Assembly (NCBI GenBank): GCA_009929855.1
Contig: RZZN01000017.1
Coordinates: forward strand, 371 to 64,370
DNA length: 64,000 nucleotides
Direction of reading: 5' to 3'
Source of the DNA: Gammaproteobacteria bacterium
GTDB taxonomy: Bacteria; Pseudomonadota; Gammaproteobacteria; Chromatiales; Chromatiaceae
Shown here: piece by piece, positions 1 to 9,045 of the stretch
Position numbering within the stretch: position 1 is the stretch's first letter
How the letters are laid out: each line of letters opens with the position of its first letter
Notes under the pieces: generated by a model
Told to the model about the DNA's origin: nothing
What the model saw: only the letters and a program-made list of their open reading frames with translations
Databases searched by the model: none
Position numbers and translations under genes: made by a program

Positions 1-773
1 CGACCGGCCTTGATCAGCGCGTCCTCGGCCATGGCGACGCTGACCGTGTCGTAATTGGGACGATTGCCGCCACCACGCAGCACCAGATGGCCATAGCGAT
101 TGCCCCGCGTCCTGACGATACTGGTCAAGCCCTGGGCATTGACACCGAGAAAGCTGTGCGCCTGGGCCGCCGAGACGATGGCATTGATCGCGGTGTCGAT
201 CGAGCCGTCCGTGCCATTCTTGAAGCCCACGGGGGTCGATAGACCGGATGACATCTCTCGGTGCGTCTGAGATTCGGAGGTCCGCGCGCCGATGGCGGTC
301 CAACTGATCAGATCCCACAGATATTGTGGAACGATCGAGTCGAGCGCCTCGGTCGCGGTGGGCAGACCCAGCTCGGTGACATCGCGCAGGAACTGGCGTG
401 CCTTGCGCATCCCCTCGGCGATACTGAAGGTATCGTTGAGGTTCGGGTCGTTGATATAGCCCTTCCATCCGGTGGTCGTGCGCGGCTTCTGAAAGTAGAC
501 CCGCATCACCAACAGCAGCCGGTCGGAGACCTCGTCGGCCAGCGCCGCGAGCCGCGCGGCATAATCCAGACCGGCGACCGGGTCATGGATCGAGCAAGGC
601 CCGACGACGATGAAGAGGCGCGGATCGCGCCGATCCAGGATCGCCTCCAGGCTCGCGCGACCGGAGAGGACGGTGGCCGCGGCCCGATCGGAGATCGGCA
701 CGGCTTGATGGATCTCCAGCGGTGTCAGCATCGGATCGAAACCGCTGATATTGATGTTTTCGGTGCTCTGCAC
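1..773 (-). CDS. 3-deoxy-7-phosphoheptulonate (DAHP) synthase, class I; C-terminal part runs off the window start
   Basis: Edge-truncated, so absent from the ORF track. Manual minus-strand translation from GTG at 771-773 gives VQSTENINISGFDPMLTPLEI..RLFIVVGPCSIHDP..VMRVYFQKPRTTTGWKGYINDP..GARTSESQTHREMSSGLSTPVGFKNGTDG. This is colinear with E. coli AroG/F/H. An in-frame TGA lies 3 codons upstream of the GTG. Confidence 0.9.
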   Translation of the reverse strand, partial: MQSTENINISGFDPMLTPLEIHQAVPISDRAAATVLSGRASLEAILDRRDPRLFIVVGPCSIHDPVAGLDYAARLAALADEVSDRLLLVMRVYFQKPRTTTGWKGYINDPNLNDTFSIAEGMRKARQFLRDVTELGLPTATEALDSIVPQYLWDLISWTAIGARTSESQTHREMSSGLSTPVGFKNGTDGSIDTAINAIVSAAQAHSFLGVNAQGLTSIVRTRGNRYGHLVLRGGGNRPNYDTVSVAMAEDALIKAG

Positions 774-1021
774 GGGCGTTCACCTTGGATTCAAGCGAGG
801 GTCAATCGAGTGAGGATCGGTCACCGGCCTCCACCGCGAGCGTGACGCCTGTCACGCCGAGGCGGAACCGAGAGACTGATGATTCTCCACTGTGTCAGTG
901 ATCAGCGTCCATGGTCAAGGCACTGGAGGCCGGGTTGGCGCCGCATCCTGGTCAACGACCATCCAACTCGCCAGTGACCGGGGGCTGGGGGAGCGGAGGC
1001 GGAGGCCGATGCCCAGACCCG

Positions 1022-1663
1022 CTATGGGGTCGATTCGCGCCCGGCTTGGCGAGGCGCAAGCGGCACCTCTCCATTCCAGTCCTGGCGCAGCGCAGGCAAG
1101 CGCTGAGCATACCCAGTGGCGTCGCCATAGTCGACGAATCGGCGGGTGCGCGCATGCGGGTCGCGGGTGCGCTGGGCATGGCGGATTGGACACCAGAACT
1201 GTTCGGTGCGAGCGGCAACCTCGCGCGCGTATTCGATCAATTGATTGGCATATCCACAGTAGATGCAATTGAGCCGCTCGATGGTGTTGAGATAGGCGAG
1301 ACGATGTCGGTCGATGATCAGATAGTCCCCCCGTCGCACCGGCGGGATGCCATAGAGTCGAAAACAAATCTGCTGAAACAGCGTGATCGAGACATCCAGG
1401 AGCACCAGCGGGATGATCAGTCCATAGATCAGCGGGGCCGATAGGATGAAGGACAGTGGCGCGCGCTTGAGATAGATCCAGGCGCGCGTGGACTGCGCAT
1501 GATGCAGACGCCGCACCTGCTGGTCGAAGACGACTCGGCCACCCTTCAGGGTATAGTTGAAGCGGGCACGCCCCTCGGCCAAGAGACGCTCGACCTCGCG
1601 ATCCACATCGGCTTGGACGCGACGCAGACGCTCCAGAAGGTCATCGAGCACTGAATTGGCCAT
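1022..1663 (-). CDS. Hypothetical membrane protein with an N-terminal coiled coil, one or two TM helices and a conserved Cys motif
   Basis: ORF 1022..1735 trimmed to MANSVLDDLLERL, which is preceded by CAGGAGAAC (SD). Contains a hydrophobic stretch LSFILSAPLIYGLIIPLVLLDVSITLF, then NCIYCGY..EQFWCPIRHA. I recognise no family. Confidence 0.6.
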   Translation of the reverse strand: MANSVLDDLLERLRRVQADVDREVERLLAEGRARFNYTLKGGRVVFDQQVRRLHHAQSTRAWIYLKRAPLSFILSAPLIYGLIIPLVLLDVSITLFQQICFRLYGIPPVRRGDYLIIDRHRLAYLNTIERLNCIYCGYANQLIEYAREVAARTEQFWCPIRHAQRTRDPHARTRRFVDYGDATGYAQRLPALRQDWNGEVPLAPRQAGRESTP

Positions 1664-1872
1664 GGTGTTCTCCTGATCCGGGCTGACTGCGCAAGAATCG
1701 AGCACGTCGATGACCAGAAGCAGCAGCACACCCATGGTCGATTCAGACTAGGCTATCACAGGCATGGCATCCTTGCGTCGCGCACGATTCACAGAACGAC
1801 CGGCAACCCAGCGCGACGTCGACCGATGGCGTGAGGCGATCGCGCGGAGGACACCCGCCTTGGCCGACCCGC

Positions 1873-2496
1873 TCAGTCCACCGAGGACTCGCGCGGCCAG
1901 GGCGGAATCCGCCAATCCAATCCCACCGCCAGCAAGCGCGAACCGGTCGCGGCGCCGACGCCCGCCATCAGTGCCTGCCAGTCCTCCAGACCCAGCCAAT
2001 CCAGACCGACGAAGACCCAACAACCGATGAAGGCGCAGAGGGCGTAGGGGCGATGGTCATAGAAGATGACCGGGATCCGGTTGCAGAGTAGATCGCGCAG
2101 TACACCGCCGAAGACACCTGTGACCACGCCCAGCAAGACCGCGACGATCAACGGCATCTCGGCCGCCAGGGCGAGCGCGGTGCCCGAGACCGCGAAGAGT
2201 CCGAGCCCCAGGGCATCGGTGGCCTGCATGAGACGATCGACCCAGCGATGACGCATCCAGCCCAGCAAGGGTGGCCCGATCAGGGTGAGCGCCATGACCA
2301 GCCAGACATACTCCTGGTGCTGCACCCAGAACAATGGGCGACGATCCAGCAGCACATCACGCAGTGTGCCACCACCGAACGCGGCGACGAAGGCCACGGT
2401 GAAGACACCAACGACATCCATCCGATGACGCACCGACTCGATGAGACCGGAGACCGCGAAGGCGATGATCGCGGCGACTTCGATGAGGATCAGCAT
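1873..2496 (-). CDS. Trimeric intracellular cation channel family (UPF0126, YadS/YicG-like) membrane protein
   Basis: ORF 1873..2571 trimmed to MLILIEVAAIIAFAVSG. Two UPF0126 repeats, each with a G-G-G-x-x-RD signature (AAFGGGTLRDVLL and GVFGGVLRDLL). Confidence 0.8.
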   Translation of the reverse strand: MLILIEVAAIIAFAVSGLIESVRHRMDVVGVFTVAFVAAFGGGTLRDVLLDRRPLFWVQHQEYVWLVMALTLIGPPLLGWMRHRWVDRLMQATDALGLGLFAVSGTALALAAEMPLIVAVLLGVVTGVFGGVLRDLLCNRIPVIFYDHRPYALCAFIGCWVFVGLDWLGLEDWQALMAGVGAATGSRLLAVGLDWRIPPWPRESSVD

Positions 2497-2638
2497 GCTG
2501 TGCCCGCCTGGTGGATCAAGGTGATGGGTTGGTTGGCACGCGCGGCGCGGCATGCTCGCGCGCACTCGCACTCACCCCAGCGAGCGGCGGCCGCGGTGAG
2601 ACGCGCGCGGCGGTCGCGATCGGCTGAGCGGGCGCGGC

Positions 2639-3451
2639 TCATGGCGTGCGTCCAGCGGCGGCGCGATTGACCTCGGCCAGCCGGATGGTGCGATCGAAGA
2701 GCGGCTCCAGTGAGGCGTCATGGCTGACCAGGATCAGGGTCATCCGAGTCTCGGCGCACTCCTGAAAGAGTAGACGAATGAATGACTCGCGCCGGTCCGC
2801 GTCGAGCGCCGAGGTCGGCTCGTCAGCGATCAGGATCTCGGGCGCGCCGATGAGCGCGCGCGCGACGGCGACCCGTTGCTGCTGACCGACCGAGAGCCGA
2901 GTCACCGGATCGGCGCGCCGCGCGGGCTCGGCCATGTCGAGACGATCGAGCAGGCGCAGCGCCTCGGCGTGCAAATCATGCGCGCCGCGCGCACCTGCAC
3001 GGGCGCGGCGACGACGTGAGAACCGGCAGGGCAAGAGCACATTCTCGACGATCGAGAGATAGGGGATGAGGTTGAACATCTGAAAGACATAGCCGAGATG
3101 GTCGGCCCGGAAGTGATCGCGCCGCACCGCGCTCAAGTGCTCCAAAGGTTGGCCCAGGATCGTGAGCGTTCCTCGCTCGGCCTTGACCACGCCAGCCAGC
3201 AGACTGAGCAGTGTGGTCTTGCCACTGCCACTCGGACCCGTGATCAACACCCGCTCCCCGCGCGCGATCTCCAAGCGCTCGATCGCCAGGACGAGCGGCG
3301 CGCCGCGGTGCCAACGAAACTCCAGATCGCGCATCGTCACCATCGGCAGGCGCGCTGGATCGGCATGGTCACCCGCCCCCTCGGCAGGCACGCGCGGCAC
3401 CACCGCGGGAGACCGCGGCGCTCGGTTGGATGGCGTGGGCGACACGCGCAT
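2639..3451 (-). CDS. ABC transporter ATP-binding protein (LolD/MacB-like, ZrgB-like)
   Basis: Walker A GPSGSGKTT, signature LSVGQQQRVAVARAL, Walker B ILIADEPTSALD. Start is uncertain: an alternative MVTMRDLEF lies at 3343. Sits directly downstream of a DUF2796 gene. Confidence 0.85.
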   Translation of the reverse strand: MRVSPTPSNRAPRSPAVVPRVPAEGAGDHADPARLPMVTMRDLEFRWHRGAPLVLAIERLEIARGERVLITGPSGSGKTTLLSLLAGVVKAERGTLTILGQPLEHLSAVRRDHFRADHLGYVFQMFNLIPYLSIVENVLLPCRFSRRRRARAGARGAHDLHAEALRLLDRLDMAEPARRADPVTRLSVGQQQRVAVARALIGAPEILIADEPTSALDADRRESFIRLLFQECAETRMTLILVSHDASLEPLFDRTIRLAEVNRAAAGRTP

Positions 3452-3477
3452 CGGTCTCTGATGCTCGCTCGGTCGGG

Positions 3478-4047
3478 TCAGAAGGGCACGAAGCTCACGA
3501 CCGGCTGTCCCGGCGTCAGCTCGGCACCGCCCTGCCCTTCATCCATCACATACTGGACCAAGACCCGCTCCAGCGCGGGAAAACCGGCGAACAGACCGAG
3601 CGCGGCCGAATCGAGCGCGGCGGGCTGATCACACTCGAATCGGTAGCTGACATGGAGATCGGCATGCCGCTCGTCACCATCATGATGATCGTGGTCGTGC
3701 CCGTGCGCCGCGAGATCGGTGTCGAGCTCGACGTTCAGGAGTCGACACGCCGCCCGCGTGCTGAAGCGGATCATGGCATCGCCGGCCAGCAGATTCTCCC
3801 TGGCAAGCGCGAGGGTCTCGCGCTCCTCCTGGGTGCGCGGCGCGCGCTCGAAACCCACCATGGTGGCGGCCGGGCTGGTCAACTCGACCAACACCTGCGC
3901 GCCCGCGATGGCGATGTTCAGATGGGCCATGCCATGGACATGCGCGCCGCTCTGGCGCGGTGCCTCCGCGGCGACCAGCAGCATGGATGACCCCAGGACA
4001 CCCGCGAGGGTGACAGCCGCCAAGTGACGGACGCGGATTGAATTCAC
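3478..4047 (-). CDS. DUF2796 (ZrgA-like) periplasmic metal-binding protein
   Basis: Signal peptide MNSIRVRHLAAVTLAGVLGSSMLLVAA. Has HVHGMAHLNIA..SPAATMVGFE and a His/Asp-rich loop HGHDHDHHDGDERH. Overall layout resembles Vibrio ZrgA as I remember it. Confidence 0.75.
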   Translation of the reverse strand: MNSIRVRHLAAVTLAGVLGSSMLLVAAEAPRQSGAHVHGMAHLNIAIAGAQVLVELTSPAATMVGFERAPRTQEERETLALARENLLAGDAMIRFSTRAACRLLNVELDTDLAAHGHDHDHHDGDERHADLHVSYRFECDQPAALDSAALGLFAGFPALERVLVQYVMDEGQGGAELTPGQPVVSFVPF

Positions 4048-4529
4048 GTGCGACCTCCCGTTGTTCGTGGCGAAGCATCAGGATCGGACTTGGCGCATCC
4101 CGAGCAGATCCCGATGACCTCCACCACCGGACGCGCCGGGCGAAAGCCGCTCGCGCTGGCCGCCGAACCCAGACTCCGGGTGATCCCCTCGTTCTCGATC
4201 TCGGTGACCGTGCCGCAGGTATCACAGATCAGGAACTGGCTGGCATGTGGATGCTCTGGATGATGACAGCCGACGAAGGCGTGCAGACTCTCGATCTTGT
4301 GCACGAGTCCCTGCTCGAGTAGAAAATCGAGCGCGCGATAGACGGTCGGGGGAGCGAGTCCGCGAGGACCCTCGCGCATGGCATCGAGGATGTCATAGGC
4401 GCCCAATGGGCGCGCCGAGGCGCAGAGGATCTCCAGAACCCGCCGCCGCTGCGCGGTCAGTCGCACCCCTCGGCGCGCGCACAGGGCCGCGGCCCGTTCC
4501 AGCACTGCATCCGCCGATTGCTCAGCCAT
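4044..4529 (-). CDS. zur: Fur-family zinc uptake regulator Zur
   Basis: Winged-helix region RLTAQRRRVLEIL..PPTVYRALDFLLEQGLVHK. Metal sites HHPEH and CDTCG..CSGC. Embedded between znuB and the zrgA-like gene. Confidence 0.85.
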   Translation of the reverse strand: MAEQSADAVLERAAALCARRGVRLTAQRRRVLEILCASARPLGAYDILDAMREGPRGLAPPTVYRALDFLLEQGLVHKIESLHAFVGCHHPEHPHASQFLICDTCGTVTEIENEGITRSLGSAASASGFRPARPVVEVIGICSGCAKSDPDASPRTTGGRT

Positions 4530-5394
4530 TCGGGGATCCTCCCGGTCGAGGCAAGATCACGCGCCGTCGCGCCCGCTGCCGCGCCAGGAGCCGGCTGGCG
4601 ATGGTCGAGACGACATAGGTGCCGCCGGCCAACAGGATCATGGTCGGCCCGGCGGGCAAGTCCGGCGCGTAGGACAGAAACAGGCCAGCGGAGGTGAACA
4701 GCCCGCCGAGTAGGGTGGCGATCACCATCATTCCGCTCAGCGAGTGGACATAGTGACCCGCGATCGCCGCCGGCAGGGTCAGGAGCGCGATGACCAGGAT
4801 CAGGCCCACCACCTGAATCAAGAGGACCACGGTGATGGCGACCAGACAGAGTAGGAGCAGATAGAAGAAGGCGACGGGCACCCCGCGCAGGCGGGCAAAC
4901 TCCTCGTCGAAGGTCACCGCCAGCAGCTGACGATAGAAGAGCACGACCGTCAGGATCAGCACCAGGTCGAGCGCGGCCATGAGCCAGAGCGCGTGCTCCG
5001 GCACGAGCAGGATGTTGCCGAAGAGAAAGCTCATCAGATCCGTGGCATAGCCCGGGGTCTTGGCGATGAAAAGGATGCCGATGGCCATTCCGATGGCCCA
5101 GAGCGCGCTGATCAGCGTGTCTTCCTGGGCCTGCCAGGCGAGCCGGACCAGACCGATCAAGAGTGCTGCGACCACCGCGGCAAGCAGCGCGCCGAGCAAT
5201 GGATCGAAGCCCCAGTAGAGCGCGGCGCCCATGCCGCCCAAGACCGAATGGGCGATCCCCCCGGCCATGAAGGCGATGCGCTTGACCACCACGAAGGTGC
5301 CGACCACGCCACAGCCAAGGCTGGCGAGCAATCCGGCGAGCAATGCCGTTTGCAAGAAGGCATGTTGGGTGAACGCCTGCAGCGTCTCGGTCAT
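4522..5394 (-). CDS. znuB: Zinc ABC transporter permease ZnuB
   Basis: ORF 4522..5520 trimmed to MTETLQAFTQHAFLQ. Polytopic ABC-3 family permease. Follows znuC with a 10-nt gap and overlaps the zur start by 8 nt. Confidence 0.9.
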   Translation of the reverse strand: MTETLQAFTQHAFLQTALLAGLLASLGCGVVGTFVVVKRIAFMAGGIAHSVLGGMGAALYWGFDPLLGALLAAVVAALLIGLVRLAWQAQEDTLISALWAIGMAIGILFIAKTPGYATDLMSFLFGNILLVPEHALWLMAALDLVLILTVVLFYRQLLAVTFDEEFARLRGVPVAFFYLLLLCLVAITVVLLIQVVGLILVIALLTLPAAIAGHYVHSLSGMMVIATLLGGLFTSAGLFLSYAPDLPAGPTMILLAGGTYVVSTIASRLLARQRARRRVILPRPGGSPNG

Positions 5395-5404
5395 GGTCGA
5401 GTGC

Positions 5405-6211
5405 TCAATGCTGGTGGTGATGTGGGACCGAACCGGCATCGGCCCCCTCGTGCGCGACACGGCGCACGTTCTCGCCGTAGAGGCGATGGACCAGATCGCC
5501 ATCGACACGATCGGTGCCATGACAGACCAGCGTGCGATTCAAACAGGCGACGCGACCCACATAACCCGAGATGAAGGCGATGTCGTGTGAAACGACCAGG
5601 ATGGTGAGCCGGGCGTTCAAACGCGCCAGCAGATCGAAGATGTCACCCTCCATGCGCTGGTCGATGTTGGCCGTGGGCTCGTCCAGGATGAGGATCCGCG
5701 GCTCGGCCACCAGTGCACGCGCCAGCAGGACACGTTGCATCTGCCCCCCCGAGAGCGTCCCGATCCGTCGCGCGGCCAGGTCCAGCGCCTCGACCTCGGC
5801 GAGCGCGCGGCGCGCCGCGGCATGGTCCGCGGATCGATACCAGCCCGGCATGGGCCCGAGACCCAGCCGCCCGGTCAGCACCACCTGCTCGACCGCGATC
5901 GGGAAATCGCGCGCGAAGGTGGGAAATTGTGGCACATAGCCAATCTGTCGAGCGGCCAGGCGAGGGGTGCGCCCAAGCACCTGGATGAGTCCGCGCTGAG
6001 GCTCCAGTAGACCCAGGATGAGCTTGAGCAGGGTACTCTTGCCACCGGCGTTGGGACCGACCAGACCGACGAACTCACCGGCATGGATGCTCAGGTCGAC
6101 ATGCTCGAGCACCAGCGCCTCGCCATACGAGAAGCTCAGGTCCTGGATGCGGATGACCGGATCCGCGGCCAGCGCATGCCGCGCCAGCGGGTCAGGGGTC
6201 ACAGGGCTCAA
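5405..6211 (-). CDS. znuC: Zinc ABC transporter ATP-binding protein ZnuC
   Basis: Walker A GPNAGGKST, signature LSGGQMQRVLLARAL, Walker B ILILDEPT. Overlaps the znuA stop by 4 nt. Confidence 0.9.
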   Translation of the reverse strand: MSPVTPDPLARHALAADPVIRIQDLSFSYGEALVLEHVDLSIHAGEFVGLVGPNAGGKSTLLKLILGLLEPQRGLIQVLGRTPRLAARQIGYVPQFPTFARDFPIAVEQVVLTGRLGLGPMPGWYRSADHAAARRALAEVEALDLAARRIGTLSGGQMQRVLLARALVAEPRILILDEPTANIDQRMEGDIFDLLARLNARLTILVVSHDIAFISGYVGRVACLNRTLVCHGTDRVDGDLVHRLYGENVRRVAHEGADAGSVPHHHQH

Positions 6212-7095
6212 GGCGCGTTGGCTCCAGCGATGAGATCGGCCACCCGCAGCAGATTCTCGAAATAGTCGCTCGCCAAGGGGTCGATCACGGCGACGCGTCC
6301 GCCGATCGCCGCCGCCACCTGCTCGGCCGCGACCGGATTGATCTGAGGCTGCGCGAACACCACCCGGATCTGCTCGCGACGCGCCTGCTCGATCAGACCG
6401 CTCAAGGCACGCGCGCCTGGCTCCTTGCCAGCGCGCTCGATCGCGACCTGCTCCAGGCCATAATCATCCGCGAAATAACCCCAAGCCGGATGATGGATGA
6501 GGAACCGGCGGCTCCGCACCCCGGCCAGTCGCGCGCGAATCTCGGCATCCAAGACATCCAGATCGGCGGCGAAACGCTCGAATCCAGCCATGAACGATTC
6601 GGCGTGCGCGGGGTCGAGCGCGACGAGCGCATCACGGATCGCCGCGCCCATGATCTTCACGCGCGCCGGACTGGTCCACAGATGCGGATCCCAATCGCCA
6701 TGCCCGTGGTGCTCATGCCCCTCATGGTCATGGCCATGGCGGTCATGTCCCCCATCCTGCGCGCGCAGGTCGACCCCGTCACGCGGATCGAGCACCCGCA
6801 TCGAGGGACTGGCGGCCTGGAGGCGCGGCAACCAGGCGTCCTCGAACGGCATGCCACTGCGCACATAGAGATCGGCCTCGGCGAGCGCCGCGATCTGGCG
6901 GGCAGTCGGCTCGAAGGCATGCGGATCCTGTCCAGGCTGGATCAGGGCCTGCACCTGCACGTCGGCGCCACCGATACGCGTCACGAAGGTCGCCTGCGGG
7001 GGAATGCTCACGAAGACCGAGAGCGTCGGCGCGCCCTGGGCGGCCCCCGCGCCGAGCAGTAGGCAGATGATCAGAAGAGTCAGTCGAAATGACAT
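6208..7095 (-). CDS. znuA: Periplasmic zinc-binding protein ZnuA
   Basis: Signal peptide, then cluster-9 solute-binding fold with the characteristic His-rich loop DGGHDRHGHDHEGHEHHGHGDWDPH. Confidence 0.9.
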   Translation of the reverse strand: MSFRLTLLIICLLLGAGAAQGAPTLSVFVSIPPQATFVTRIGGADVQVQALIQPGQDPHAFEPTARQIAALAEADLYVRSGMPFEDAWLPRLQAASPSMRVLDPRDGVDLRAQDGGHDRHGHDHEGHEHHGHGDWDPHLWTSPARVKIMGAAIRDALVALDPAHAESFMAGFERFAADLDVLDAEIRARLAGVRSRRFLIHHPAWGYFADDYGLEQVAIERAGKEPGARALSGLIEQARREQIRVVFAQPQINPVAAEQVAAAIGGRVAVIDPLASDYFENLLRVADLIAGANAP

Positions 7096-7131
7096 GAGGG
7101 TTTAGACTCGAGCCGCTGGCCGCGATGGGTG

Positions 7132-7154
7132 ATGACGCTACAATATAACCTAAT
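7132..7154. promoter_or_regulatory. Candidate Zur box in the znuA / 7316-gene divergent promoter region
   Basis: The only AT-rich patch in this intergenic region. The minus strand reads GGTTATATTGTAGCG; its core matches the gammaproteobacterial Zur half-palindrome GTTATAnTATAAC at 11/13. It ends 42 nt upstream of the znuA ATG and contains a TATATT -10-like hexamer. Confidence 0.4.
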
Positions 7155-7315
7155 TGACCAATATCGACAGCGCACCGTCAGCCGCCGCGAAACCTCGCAA
7201 ACTTCAGCGCGACGAGTCCCTTGCGCGCCTGGGTCGGGTAGACTAGCGAGCCAGCTGAACACGACCGGATGAGAGCCTCTCGATCGCATCCGGTTCACAT
7301 GAGGGCAATGCGCGA

Positions 7316-7999
7316 ATGATCCAGTCAACCCAATTGCTCTGGGCGATCGGACTCAGTCTCTATGTGCTTGCGGTCCTATTCCTGACCCGGATCCCCTACC
7401 GGATGATGATCGGTCGCGGCATGGAGCCGATCCGGGCGGTCTACTACAACCGCAAGATCGTGCACATGCTGGCCGGCGGGGTCGGCTCGCTCATGGTCCC
7501 GCTGGTGTTCCAGGATCCCTGGTATCCGCTGGTCTGCGGGCTCTTGCTCACGGGCTTGACCTGGGTCGCCCATGCGGCCGGACTGCGCTTCTATTGGTTC
7601 CAGACCGCGGAGAACCGCAACGACGTCAAGTTTGCGCTCATGTGGGCGATCTCGGTCGCGCTGCTCTGGTGGATCCTCGACAATCCCTGGCTCGCGGTCC
7701 TGCCCGCACTCTACATGGCGTTCGGCGACGGGGTGACCGGGATCGCCCGCAACCTGCTGGTCAAGCGCCGCTCCAAGAGCCCGATCGGCAATCTCTTCAT
7801 GCTGTTGGTCTGCGCCCCCATGGGCTGGGTGATCGGTGGATTCGCCGATCCCGCCATCCCAGAATGGGGCCTGCTCTCGGCGCTCGCCGCCTCCTGGGTC
7901 GAGCGCTACGAGATCGGTCCCATCGACGACAATGTCTTGATCACCATGACGGCCTCCAGCCTGTTGCTGATCGGGGTCGCTGTGGGGCCCCTGATCTAG
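7316..7999 (+). CDS. Polytopic membrane protein, dolichol/phytol/polyprenol kinase-like (CTP-transferase-1 superfamily)
   Basis: About 7 TM helices. Motifs NRKIVHMLAGG and AFGDGVTGIARN..KSPIGN resemble the CTP-dependent polyprenol kinase family. The functional call is tentative. Confidence 0.55.
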   Translation: MIQSTQLLWAIGLSLYVLAVLFLTRIPYRMMIGRGMEPIRAVYYNRKIVHMLAGGVGSLMVPLVFQDPWYPLVCGLLLTGLTWVAHAAGLRFYWFQTAENRNDVKFALMWAISVALLWWILDNPWLAVLPALYMAFGDGVTGIARNLLVKRRSKSPIGNLFMLLVCAPMGWVIGGFADPAIPEWGLLSALAASWVERYEIGPIDDNVLITMTASSLLLIGVAVGPLI

Positions 8000-8133
8000 G
8001 TTCTCTGGACATTGCGCGCGGCGCCACTGGGGCATGATCCCAAGTCGGACGCGACGCGCGCATCATCCAGTGCGTGGGGGGCAAGCCAGGGTGCCGGCTG
8101 CGCGTGTGTCTGACCCACCCTAGCCGACCAGGC

Positions 8134-8730
8134 TCAAAACACCCGCGTCAGTGCCAACCCGGCCAAGACCAGGAAGACCAGTCCGCTCAACTGGTGCAGC
8201 CGATGCAGCGGCATCACCTGGAGCAGACGGCACCCCACCCAGACACCGAGCGCCGAGGTCAAGGCCAAGGCCAGCGTGGCGCCGATCCAGACCGCGACCG
8301 GCGGCATGGTGATGGCGAGACCAGCGACCGCGAGTTGGGTCTTGTCGCCCATCTCGGCAAGGAAGATCATCGAAAAGGTCGTCAGGACGATGCCGTTGTG
8401 ACTCAAGCGCCGCGCGGGTGAATCCTCCGGCTCCTCCTCGGCGCGCAATGCCATCACCCCGAACACCGCGAAGAGGATGGCGACCCCACCGGCCAGGAGA
8501 CGCTCTGGAATCCATTGGGCGAGACCCACCCCAAAGATCACGGCCAGGCTGTTGAGCACCACGAACGCGGCGACCGCGCCGATCAGGACCGGCCAGTGAC
8601 GATGGCGCGCCGCGAGCGTCATACACACGATCTGAGATTTATCACCCAACTCGGCGAGCAGGATGACCCCGAAGGTCGTGAGCGCGGACCAGAGCCAATG
8701 TGTGAGTGGCAAGACTGTCGATTCGCTCAT
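8134..8730 (-). CDS. GDT1/TMEM165 (UPF0016) family Mn2+/Ca2+ transporter (MneA-like)
   Basis: ORF 8134..8925 trimmed to MSESTVLPL (GAGGG SD 8 nt upstream). Two E-x-G-D-K-(T/S) motifs: LAELGDKSQ and LAEMGDKTQ. Confidence 0.85.
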   Translation of the reverse strand: MSESTVLPLTHWLWSALTTFGVILLAELGDKSQIVCMTLAARHRHWPVLIGAVAAFVVLNSLAVIFGVGLAQWIPERLLAGGVAILFAVFGVMALRAEEEPEDSPARRLSHNGIVLTTFSMIFLAEMGDKTQLAVAGLAITMPPVAVWIGATLALALTSALGVWVGCRLLQVMPLHRLHQLSGLVFLVLAGLALTRVF

Positions 8731-8934
8731 GATCCGGCCCTCGCGCAAGGTCTGGGAACGGACTGGATCCCGCCTCGAGCCGTGAGTCGGATGCGCGGGC
8801 AGGATGAGCGTGACGCGGTGTGCGCGTACGCGGGGGTGGGGCGTTGTCGTGGCATGATTGCGCGTGAGGGGGGCGGGCGAGTTGGCCATGGACGCGATGA
8901 CATGCGCCCAGCCCCCGCCGGACATGACATCGTG

Positions 8935-9045
8935 CCCAAGGTCTCGTCAAGTCGAGCGACCGTGCATGCCATGGCGCAACCGCCAAGTCTGTTGACATGC
9001 ACCCCTACCGCAACGCGGCAGGGCGACTACTCCCCTCGAGTGCCG
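8935..9045 (-). promoter_or_regulatory. Probable yybP-ykoY (Mn2+) riboswitch aptamer in the leader of the GDT1-family gene
   Basis: The minus strand reads CUCGAGGGGAGUAGUCGCC, which contains the hallmark GGGGAGUAG. It continues with a hairpin (CCCUGCCGC-GUU-GCGGUAGGG), a second leg (GUGCAUG..UGGCG-GUUG-CGCCA..CAUGCAC), then CUCGACUUGACGAGACC. UCGAG/CUCGA can close the junction. UPF0016 genes are a known target class of this riboswitch. Confidence 0.55.

Noticed and set aside
2497-2638. I looked for a degraded FtsX-type permease remnant between the ZrgB-like ATPase gene and the TRIC-family gene.
   Set aside because: The gap is only about 140 nt and shows no hydrophobic-helix-coding frame, so nothing supports a pseudogene there.
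7080-7328. 82-aa minus-strand ORF spanning the znuA promoter region. Small ORFs at 20866..21250 in the IclR control region are similar cases.
   Set aside because: They lie in AT-rich regulatory DNA, have no SD and atypical composition, and overlap start regions of well-supported genes.
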